From Candidatus Daviesbacteria bacterium (GTDB lineage: Bacteria; Patescibacteriota; Microgenomatia; Daviesbacterales; UBA10151), in the NCBI GenBank assembly GCA_016184225.1, contig JACPDA010000004.1, positions 70,800 through 134,799 of the forward strand: 64,000 nt of DNA, written 5' to 3'. Each line of letters starts with the position of its first letter. The stretch's first letter is position 1. A program made the position numbers and the translations under genes. The notes under the pieces were generated by a model. That model searched no databases and was not told the DNA's origin. It was given only the letters and a program-made list of their open reading frames with translations. Below, in pieces: positions 9,792 to 17,397 of this stretch.

Positions 9792-10316
9792 TTAGCCAAA
9801 TTTTATTCCGCCATAAATAATTCCTGGATCATATATTTTTATCGTATCTTGAACCCTGCTTACTACTACGTTATTTCTCGATACATCTTTTAGCCATTTT
9901 TCTGCCGAATCACAAATATCCCCACAAAAAATATCAACTCTAAGTTGTAAACTTGTTTTCATTCTTTGGCCATTAACATAGTTATTTTGCATATATGTGC
10001 AATGAGGGCCACCTGTCATAAAAATAAATTTTTCTAAAATTTTTTGAGCACGCTGTTTTGTAATATCGTCACTCCCTTCATGTAAAACCGCGCATCGTAA
10101 CGCATAACAATCATTACCAGATAGAAAAGTTGTTCCGTTGTGCTCATATTTAGTACTCATATATTTGTCGAACCAGTCTTTATACCTCTTAGGGGAAGAA
10201 AGATTTGGATGTTCTACTTTACCGCAAATATCTGGAAGTGTGAGGGCCATAAATAACGCGCCATACCAATTCTTATTTTTTATAGATTTTTTTATAGCCT
10301 CGATAAAATCATTCAT
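9792..10316 (-). CDS. HEPN-like protein
   Basis: ALTLPDICG and YALRCAVLHEG (Rx4H). Confidence 0.65.
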   Translation of the reverse strand: MNDFIEAIKKSIKNKNWYGALFMALTLPDICGKVEHPNLSSPKRYKDWFDKYMSTKYEHNGTTFLSGNDCYALRCAVLHEGSDDITKQRAQKILEKFIFMTGGPHCTYMQNNYVNGQRMKTSLQLRVDIFCGDICDSAEKWLKDVSRNNVVVSRVQDTIKIYDPGIIYGGIKFG

Positions 10317-10338
10317 AACAATACTCCAATATAAAAAC

Positions 10339-10971
10339 TTACTTTATTGAAGGGTCAAGAGTTGTAGTATTTTTGATTGGGCCAGGATATCCACTCGCTC
10401 CACTTGAAAGTGTTGTCGTACGCGTATTTGGAGAACGATATATCTGTCCTTCTCTTAAACTGTCTATTAGGGTTTTGTGTTTTGTTTTAAATCTTTCAAT
10501 CTCATCTAGCGCCTTACTCATCCTTTTCTGATATTTTTCCTCAGTCAATTGTACCTTGAATTTGTCGAGCGAATCCAAAAAATCCATTACTAAAGTTTCA
10601 ACATCCAATATTGCACCAATCCCACTCTGTTTATATACAACAGGCCTCAAATTATTCCTACTAATAGCGCCTCTTGCAAAATACTCATGCGCCAATCCAT
10701 TTCTGAAAATATCTCTCAAAATATCAATCGGGTACTCATTTTTGTGAGTAAAACATTTATCAATGTATTCTGTGGCATTATTGGTAAAGCTCCCTTCTTC
10801 TCCCAATAAAAATCCACCAAGATACTCTATGTAAGCTAGAACGCAAAGAGCAAGAGGAAAATTGATATTGCCAACCGCACCATCTAGAGCAGGAATTTCC
10901 GTTCTCATTCTCTCTAAATCATGCTTAATCCAACCAAAGACTATTTTGTTATGAAAAGTATCTAAATCCAT
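10339..10971 (-). CDS. HEPN-like protein
   Basis: IEYLGG and FRNGLAHEY (Rx4H); probable start ATG 10971. Confidence 0.6.
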   Translation of the reverse strand: MDLDTFHNKIVFGWIKHDLERMRTEIPALDGAVGNINFPLALCVLAYIEYLGGFLLGEEGSFTNNATEYIDKCFTHKNEYPIDILRDIFRNGLAHEYFARGAISRNNLRPVVYKQSGIGAILDVETLVMDFLDSLDKFKVQLTEEKYQKRMSKALDEIERFKTKHKTLIDSLREGQIYRSPNTRTTTLSSGASGYPGPIKNTTTLDPSIK

Positions 10972-11109
10972 AAAATATTTGGGTATATTAAGTGCCAACT
11001 GGCTCCCCTGACCTTGAATTATTATACCCCAAAGTTTTGGAGGCTTTCAGCAATAAAAGTTACCTTGGAGAATTAAGACAAAGGTGGCTAGAGATTAAAA
11101 GGTTAAGTC

Positions 11110-11562
11110 CTAGCCTTCCTTCTTAACTAACTCTAACCGGGGTTCTCCATCACCAAAGTAGTTATCCTTCCAGCCAATGATCTTAAACCCCACCTTAAGG
11201 TAAATTCGTAATGCAACACTGTTTTGTGGATGGACAACCAGTTCCGCCTTTTTAATATTTTGGATTTGGTCCATCACCCATCTCATAGCCTCAGTTCCAT
11301 ATCCTTTACCAGTACAACTGGGGACAATAGCCAAACCATCGATATGTGCAAGCTCCTGGCCCTTAGTATTAAAGGCTACTGTTCCCACTGGCTGTTCATC
11401 TTCCATCACTAAAAATACCTGGTCTTTTTGTAAATAGTCCTTAATCTCCTTTTCAGACTCATAGGCAAGGAAAAATCGGGGTGAAACAGAAGCAGCCTCT
11501 TTTTCTAAATCCCGGACCAATTCCCAGTCGTTCTCAGTAGCTTTTCTATAGCTTAAACTCAT
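11110..11562 (-). CDS. GNAT family N-acetyltransferase
   Basis: AIVP..TGKGYG, N..ALRIYLKVGF. Confidence 0.9.
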   Translation of the reverse strand: MSLSYRKATENDWELVRDLEKEAASVSPRFFLAYESEKEIKDYLQKDQVFLVMEDEQPVGTVAFNTKGQELAHIDGLAIVPSCTGKGYGTEAMRWVMDQIQNIKKAELVVHPQNSVALRIYLKVGFKIIGWKDNYFGDGEPRLELVKKEG

Positions 11563-12191
11563 ATTACACTCACTTCATTTAAGTAATGTTGAATTTCCTC
11601 AAATATAATCCTGTGACCCTCTGTAGTAGGGTGTAAACCGTCAGTAAGCAGTGCCTGGTATCTTTCTTCGGGGAATTTACTCATAACCTCAACGAAAGGA
11701 ATATTTTGCTCTTTACTAACTTCTTTTAGAACTTCTTCATATTTCTTAACAAATTCAATCCTGTATGCTTTACCCGGGGTCCACGGGGTAGGATCAACTC
11801 TTTGGTCAACGGGGGTTAGACCAACAAAAATCAGATCTGCACCGTTTTGTTTAGATTGATTGATTAAAGTTACTAAATTTTTCCTGTAATCCTCTGGCAC
11901 TACCCTATGCTGATTTTCTTCTAAAACAAATTGAGAATCGTTTATACCAATTTCAATTAGTATTAAGGTCTTTTCTTCCTCATCTATTCTAGCCTTAACT
12001 TCGGTATCAAACCTTTCTAGTAGATCAGTAGTTTTGTCCCCGGAAACACCTAAACAATAAGCAGCAGTGTAATCGTCGAAATTAGCCTCGACCGCCTTAC
12101 TATCACAATAGCTTTTTAATCTTTGTGCCCAACCACCTTCTTTATCCCATGCGCCCCAAGTAATACTTGAACCAAATATAAGTAGATTCAT
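11559..12191 (-). CDS. SGNH/GDSL hydrolase
   Basis: FGSSITWG, GVSG, GIND, DGLHP. Confidence 0.9.
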   Translation of the reverse strand: MNLLIFGSSITWGAWDKEGGWAQRLKSYCDSKAVEANFDDYTAAYCLGVSGDKTTDLLERFDTEVKARIDEEEKTLILIEIGINDSQFVLEENQHRVVPEDYRKNLVTLINQSKQNGADLIFVGLTPVDQRVDPTPWTPGKAYRIEFVKKYEEVLKEVSKEQNIPFVEVMSKFPEERYQALLTDGLHPTTEGHRIIFEEIQHYLNEVSVI

Positions 12192-12192
12192 T

Positions 12193-12759
12193 TTATTTTT
12201 CCATCTCCATAATCGCTTCTAAAACCTCCGGTAACGAGGTTACACTTTTTGTGTCATCTACTGGACCAGAAAAATGACCCTTATTATGTTTAATAATTAG
12301 CTTCGCCCCCAGTTTTTCTTTGAAAATATCACCATGTTTTAAGGGTACATAAGGATCATTATCTGAATGAATCGCTATGAAGCGGCTGGCTTTGCCTTTT
12401 ATCTTTTCAAAATCAATTGGAGTTTCAAAAAAGTTTTCAAGCTCTTTATAACCCAAGTTATCAGTAAAACCGGCAACCATAATTACACCGCCTATTTTCT
12501 TGCCTTCCGCCAATTGTTCTAAGTATCGGAGAATAGTAATTACTCCCGCACTATGGCCAACCAAATATAAATCTCCATCTGCTTCGCCAATTACTTCTTT
12601 AAGTTTTGGCAGCCACAAGGCAAGCTTGGGTAGATTTGTTTCTGGCATAACAGGAACTAAAACCTCGAAACCTTTTGCTTCAAGTGCTCTTTTAGTTTGG
12701 GGATACCAACAATACTCCGGATAACCATCCCAACAATGTACTATTACTGCTCTTTTCAT
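12193..12759 (-). CDS. RBBP9/YdeN alpha/beta hydrolase
   Basis: VGHSAG, SDNDPYVP, GHF catalytic triad motifs. Confidence 0.9.
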   Translation of the reverse strand: MKRAVIVHCWDGYPEYCWYPQTKRALEAKGFEVLVPVMPETNLPKLALWLPKLKEVIGEADGDLYLVGHSAGVITILRYLEQLAEGKKIGGVIMVAGFTDNLGYKELENFFETPIDFEKIKGKASRFIAIHSDNDPYVPLKHGDIFKEKLGAKLIIKHNKGHFSGPVDDTKSVTSLPEVLEAIMEMEK

Positions 12760-12761
12760 AT

Positions 12762-13814
12762 TTATTTAAAATAAGTTTCATTGGCAAATTTGACTTGTTC
12801 AACAAACAACCTTTTAACATGGACAATACTTAACTGCTCATAAAAAAGTATTAAGGCCTTCTTAAATTCCTCTTCATCCACACTCCTGTAGGATAAAGGG
12901 TAAAGATCCCAGGCCAGCAAAATAGCGTTGGTTAACATCCTTCCTGTCCTTTTATTCCCATCAGAATAGGGCTGAAGGTAAGGAATCATAAAATGGGCAA
13001 TTAAGGCCTTCTCAAAAGGATCTTGAGTCAAATTTATTACTTTCACTATTCTCTCAAATGCCTCTTTTATTTGAAATTCATTGTCAGGCGGTCTATAAAG
13101 AGTGCCTGTTATGCCGACTGCTTGTTTTCTAATTCCAGTCGAAATAGATAAATCCTTAACTAAAATATTATGCAGTTGATTAATGACTGAAGTAGAAATT
13201 ACTTGAAAATCATTTTTATTTTTAAGTATGGTATCAAAAGCTAATTTATGATTTAAAATCATGATAGCCTCATCCTTGGTTTTACCCCTTGCTTCTTCTT
13301 GCTCCTTGATTAAACTTTCTGTTTCTAGAAGGGTATAAGTGTTGCCTTCAATTTTGGACGATTTCCAAGACAATTCAATGACAAATCTTTCCAGTTCCCT
13401 TTGTAAGATGTCTGGTTCTAAATGGCTGGTTTTTTGTTGAAAACTGAACTTCGATTTTTGCAAATCAGCCAGTTCGTTGGGTAATAAAAGATTATGCAGA
13501 AATTTAAATACACTCTCATCAAAACCTTTTTTAACATCTGCTCTTTTATCAGGATCCAGGGCAAAATACTGTTCAAGATCAAAATAGCGCAAGAGTGGAT
13601 TATCTGCAATAGATAAGTAACGAGTTGCCTTTGCGCGACCAACAATTTTTATCAGCTTAGCGCTAAGAAGAATATTCAAATCCCGGATTAATGTTGGTTT
13701 AGAAATTGGGTATAATTCTGCAACTTTTCCCTGGATTTCTTCTCTTAACAACCCTTCTGATTGGTTGATGATATTTAAAATATAACTTTGCCTTGGGGTA
13801 ATCGTATCACTCAT
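12762..13814 (-). CDS. Fic family protein with N-terminal winged HTH
   Basis: ISKPTLIRDL HTH, SSKIEGNT, variant Fic motif QPYSDGNKRTGR; start ATG 13814 flanked by AATCGTATCA direct repeats (13800, 13822). Confidence 0.85.
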   Translation of the reverse strand: MSDTITPRQSYILNIINQSEGLLREEIQGKVAELYPISKPTLIRDLNILLSAKLIKIVGRAKATRYLSIADNPLLRYFDLEQYFALDPDKRADVKKGFDESVFKFLHNLLLPNELADLQKSKFSFQQKTSHLEPDILQRELERFVIELSWKSSKIEGNTYTLLETESLIKEQEEARGKTKDEAIMILNHKLAFDTILKNKNDFQVISTSVINQLHNILVKDLSISTGIRKQAVGITGTLYRPPDNEFQIKEAFERIVKVINLTQDPFEKALIAHFMIPYLQPYSDGNKRTGRMLTNAILLAWDLYPLSYRSVDEEEFKKALILFYEQLSIVHVKRLFVEQVKFANETYFK

Positions 13815-14016
13815 ATACATCAATCGTATCATATTGAGACGATCTGTCAAGAGGTTATAATAGACAAGGCCTGTTACAACGCTTCGCGTTATAATAACTA
13901 ATTCCAGCTCGAGAATCGTAACTCTAATATAACCACACAAGTTGCCTAAACTTGATATATTAATGACACTTGGCTCCATCTGATGGAACCATTCGGAACC
14001 TATTTTCAGTTAAATA

Positions 14017-14661
14017 CTATTTCCTTAATTTCACCGTCTCATTGAATTTATCTTCGGAAATATTTCCAAATGCATGTTTTTTAACAAATAATTCATCACC
14101 AGTTTTCTTTAAAACTTTTAATCTTTCATTGTCGGGGTACAAAACCAACAACCTGTCCAAAAAGGAAGGTATTCCCAACGTTCTTCTGCCTTTAATAACT
14201 TGAGCAGCACTTTTAATCATCTTTTTATCGTTTGCTACAAGTGTTAATTGGGGATGATTTTGGCATACCAATATCTGTGCATAATCTGTCGCAGAAATGC
14301 TGTTGAGAACAATATATTTTATTTCCCCATCTTCACTTATCAAAAATCTATTTTCTTTCCGACTTCTATCCATTGATGACTCCACGTTAAGTATATGATT
14401 CAAAAAACTACCCAATTGTGTTGGGTTTATTGCTTTTGAACCCTGCATTAATTCAGAAAGAACATCATTTAGTACAAAAAAGGTAACATCAGGACATTCT
14501 TCAATAGCTTTAAATATGCTTGCCCCACAGTACTTATGCATTTCTTGGAAATAAAGTATCGTGCTAGTATCGAAAAGGAAGTTGTATTTTTTACCCTTAG
14601 ATAAAAGCAATTTGTTATTTTCCTCCATAGGGAAGGACGTTCTAAATATTAGGGTGTCCAT
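14017..14661 (-). CDS. PIN-like domain protein
   Basis: FLFDTSTI, VLSEL, SATDY, VANDKKM acidic motifs. Confidence 0.65.
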   Translation of the reverse strand: MDTLIFRTSFPMEENNKLLLSKGKKYNFLFDTSTILYFQEMHKYCGASIFKAIEECPDVTFFVLNDVLSELMQGSKAINPTQLGSFLNHILNVESSMDRSRKENRFLISEDGEIKYIVLNSISATDYAQILVCQNHPQLTLVANDKKMIKSAAQVIKGRRTLGIPSFLDRLLVLYPDNERLKVLKKTGDELFVKKHAFGNISEDKFNETVKLRK

Positions 14662-14712
14662 CTGTCTAAGATACCAGAAAATAAAACAAAACTTGGTATA
14701 TTAAATGCCACT

Positions 14713-14995
14713 TGGCTCCTCGACCTGGATTCGAACCAGGAACCTTCTCGTTACACAAATCCCCATATTTCTATGAAGCGTGGACTATCTCATCTCCTTA
14801 TCCAAATACTTTTAGAGTTAGGAGTCGGATTATTAGTCTCTGAACCTTCCCACCTCTTATGGGAGTGGCTGCGGATTACCATCTGCGAATTATTTTGCCA
14901 TTAGGCTTCCCGCAATTAACCCGATTTTCACCCTGAAGTTTCCCTCAGAGGCTGCGTTCTCACAGCGAGCCGCTCTACCGTTGAGCTATCGAGGA
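14713..14995 (-). tRNA. tRNA-Asn(GUU) with group I intron; exons 14995-14962 and 14753-14713
   Basis: Joined exons give TCCTCGA...GCTCG-CTGT^TAA-CGAGA...CCTGG-TTCGAAT-CCAGG-TCGAGGA-GCCA (75 nt). Confidence 0.92.
14754..14961 (-). ncRNA. group I self-splicing intron (208 nt, no ORF)
   Basis: P1 GCTGT/GCAGC with U.G at the splice site; core elements AATTGCGGGAA, AATCCGCAGC, TTCAGAGACTA, GATAGTCC; terminal G. Confidence 0.9.
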
Positions 14996-15049
14996 ATATT
15001 AAGTTGTTAAAGTAACTTCTCCCCTCCCCAACCAAAAGAAGTTAAAGCG

Positions 15050-15123
15050 GCGAGCCGCTCCCCCTGGGAGTCATTTAGACTCCCGTCCGCACTTCGTGCA
15101 GGACCCGTTGGAGCTATCGAGGA
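15050..15123 (-). pseudogene. duplicated 5' half of tRNA-Asn with a two-hairpin insertion in the D-loop
   Basis: TCCTCGATAGCTC-[insert]-GAGCGGCTCGC; 20-nt direct repeat at 14983-15002 and 15111-15130. Confidence 0.7.
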
Positions 15124-15126
15124 ATA

Positions 15127-15822
15127 TTAATGTACGTCAGCTATTTTATCACCCATCAAAGCTGAAATCCATCCCATTATTTTTCTTTGCTTATCACTAT
15201 CGCTAAACTTAATGGCAAAAACCCCATATTCATGAATATTCTTCCTAATCTTTTTGCTATCAATTTTATTCTTAGCTATATATGTTTTATGAAACTGATC
15301 CTGCGGAATTTCAGTTAATGTTGACCAATACTTCTTTGCCTTTTCTGCATCTAATCCCTCATGTATCCAGATTGCTCCTCTAAACCTAGACATTGGTACC
15401 TCGCAAAATTCTTTGAACCATTTAATCATAAATTTGATAATTTTAGGGTCTGAATTAGCAAGTCCACCATCACCGTCAGCTTTATTTCCCTCACCCGCAT
15501 AAAAAGCAATGCCTGCTAAAAACCTATCTCTTTTATTTACCTCTCCAAGTTCAATTTTAGATTTTTCAAAGATTTCTTTAGTTCTCAAAAGTCTCTTTTG
15601 CCTTTTATTTTCAGCGGCAACCTGTGAACCCTTTCTTTGACCATATATCTTATTTTCAAGAAGCCTCTTTTTTTGAACTTCTGTAAGAACAATATCCCTG
15701 CACCACCTGCTGACTGTATCTTTCGAAACAGAGATTTGTAGCATTATTTCCCCATATGAAAGACCCTTGCGGCGCAGTTCTTGCGCCTCCAATTTCTCCT
15801 CTAGTTTTCCAAAATATCCCAT
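15127..15822 (-). CDS. HTH plus LAGLIDADG-like endonuclease-fold protein
   Basis: N-terminal GLSYGEI...VSKDTVSRW HTH; LAGIAFYAGEG helix, NSDPKII, YWS; probable start 15822. Confidence 0.65.
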   Translation of the reverse strand: MGYFGKLEEKLEAQELRRKGLSYGEIMLQISVSKDTVSRWCRDIVLTEVQKKRLLENKIYGQRKGSQVAAENKRQKRLLRTKEIFEKSKIELGEVNKRDRFLAGIAFYAGEGNKADGDGGLANSDPKIIKFMIKWFKEFCEVPMSRFRGAIWIHEGLDAEKAKKYWSTLTEIPQDQFHKTYIAKNKIDSKKIRKNIHEYGVFAIKFSDSDKQRKIMGWISALMGDKIADVH

Positions 15823-15949
15823 TAACTCCATTATCAATAACGAACTTAGATACGTCAAGTGAGTAAATATTGATTGGAGGTAAGTATAGTTCGGAATTTG
15901 AATTTTCCAATTAAAAGTAGCAAACTAAATTAGAGAGGGGGTGAGATAA

Positions 15950-16210
15950 ATGAAATTAAATCCTGGTAAAGTAGGTCTGACTGTGGGAGCCTTTGCCGGA
16001 CTTTGGCATGTAGTCTGGGGGATATTGGTGGCCTTGGGATGGGCATCAGCCTTGCAGAGCTGGATTTTGGATCTTCATTTTTTGAATAATCCATTTACTA
16101 TCCAGCCATTTGATATAACCAAGTGGGTAACTTTGATACTCGTTACCGCCATCATAGGCTATATTTTTGGGTTTGTCTTTGCCAACCTTTGGAATAGAAT
16201 CCAGAAATAG
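15950..16210 (+). CDS. small membrane protein
   Basis: Hydrophobic 86 aa ORF with an upstream GAGGGGG SD-like motif. Confidence 0.7.
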   Translation: MKLNPGKVGLTVGAFAGLWHVVWGILVALGWASALQSWILDLHFLNNPFTIQPFDITKWVTLILVTAIIGYIFGFVFANLWNRIQK

Positions 16211-16220
16211 AAAATTAAGG

Positions 16221-17309
16221 TTATTCTAGGTAATCCCGAAGCTTTTTGGCACGCGTGGGGTGCTTGAGTTTCCTGATGGCTTTGGCTTCAATTTGCCTGA
16301 TTCTTTCCCTGGTGACCCCAAACTCTTTCCCTACTTCTTCCAGAGTCCGCTGTTTACCGTCTTCCAGCCCAAATCGAAGCTGGAGCACCCTTTTTTCCCG
16401 GGGTGACAGAGAGTCCAAAACTTCATCCAGGTGAATCTTTAATAGCTCTCTGGTGGCCTGTTCATCCGGCTGTAATCCCTGATCAGCGATAAAATCCCCC
16501 AAGTGGGAATCTTCCTCATCCCCTACCGGAGTCTCCAAAGAAGTTGGCTCCTGTGAAACCTTAATAATCTCCCGGGCTTTATTCTCATCTATCCCTAATA
16601 CTTTGGCTACTTCATCCGGGGTAGGTTCCCTACCCAGCTCCTGCATTAATCTCCGCTGGGTCCGGTTAAACCTATTGATTGTTTCCACCATATGGACAGG
16701 GATACGGATAGTCCTGGCCTGGTCGGCAATAGCCCTGGTAATAGCCTGTCTGATCCACCAGGTGGCATAAGTAGAAAATTTATAACCCCTTCTCCAATCA
16801 TATTTATCAACCGCCCTCATCAAACCAATATTGCCCTCTTCAATTAAATCCAACAAGCTCATCCCCCGCCCGACGTATTTTTTGGCTATTGATACTACCA
16901 ACCGCAAATTGGCACTGATCAGCTTATCCCGGGCCCTCTTTTCATTTTTTTCTGCTTTTTTGGCCAGCTCTATCTCGTCTTGTGCTGTTAAAAGCGGAAT
17001 TTTACCGATATCACGAAGGTATTGCCTAACAGGATCTGTCACCGCACCTCCCTCCAGAGTAGATAATATCTCCAACTCTTTTTCCAACTCAGAAGGGGTT
17101 TTACTCTCAGCCTCAAGTTCTTCCGTAGTAGTTTCAAAAACATCAATGTTTTCCGCAATTAACTTAATATAAAACTCGTCTAGCTCTTTTATTGTTTCCT
17201 CCGGCTTTGGGAAAATCTGCAAGATCTCTTCTTGGGTCACAAACCCCCGATCCTTACCTAATTTCAGGAGTTTTTTAACGTCTAATTGTACTTGTTTTTT
17301 CTTAGCCAT
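16221..17309 (-). CDS. rpoD: RNA polymerase sigma factor RpoD
   Basis: [43 protein letters not shown]. Confidence 0.97.
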   Translation of the reverse strand: MAKKKQVQLDVKKLLKLGKDRGFVTQEEILQIFPKPEETIKELDEFYIKLIAENIDVFETTTEELEAESKTPSELEKELEILSTLEGGAVTDPVRQYLRDIGKIPLLTAQDEIELAKKAEKNEKRARDKLISANLRLVVSIAKKYVGRGMSLLDLIEEGNIGLMRAVDKYDWRRGYKFSTYATWWIRQAITRAIADQARTIRIPVHMVETINRFNRTQRRLMQELGREPTPDEVAKVLGIDENKAREIIKVSQEPTSLETPVGDEEDSHLGDFIADQGLQPDEQATRELLKIHLDEVLDSLSPREKRVLQLRFGLEDGKQRTLEEVGKEFGVTRERIRQIEAKAIRKLKHPTRAKKLRDYLE

Positions 17310-17318
17310 ATATTTAAT

Positions 17319-17397
17319 TAGTCGTCAGCTTTCAGCTTTCAGTCGTCAGATTTTTAATTTTTAGTCTGATAGCTGAAGACTGATGACTGATAGCTAC
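17319..17397. repeat. inverted heptamer-repeat hairpin (TCAG family)
   Basis: GTCGTCAGCTTTCAGCTTTCAGTCGTCAGA paired with TCTGATAGCTGAAGACTGATGACTGATAGC. Confidence 0.8.

Larger units (their letters stand above)
6495..14719. mobile_element. tandem accessory-cassette region at the tRNA-Asn 3' end; no intact integrase
   Basis: Copies of the tRNA 3' end complement (T)GGCTC(C) at 6495, 8651, 9649, 11000, 13971 and 14713 separate toxin/defence-rich cargo blocks. Confidence 0.6.

Noticed and set aside
6495-14719. CRISPR array or classical integron
   Set aside because: No regularly spaced repeat-spacer units, no cas genes, no IntI tyrosine recombinase and no attC-like palindromes seen; the junctions match the tRNA end instead
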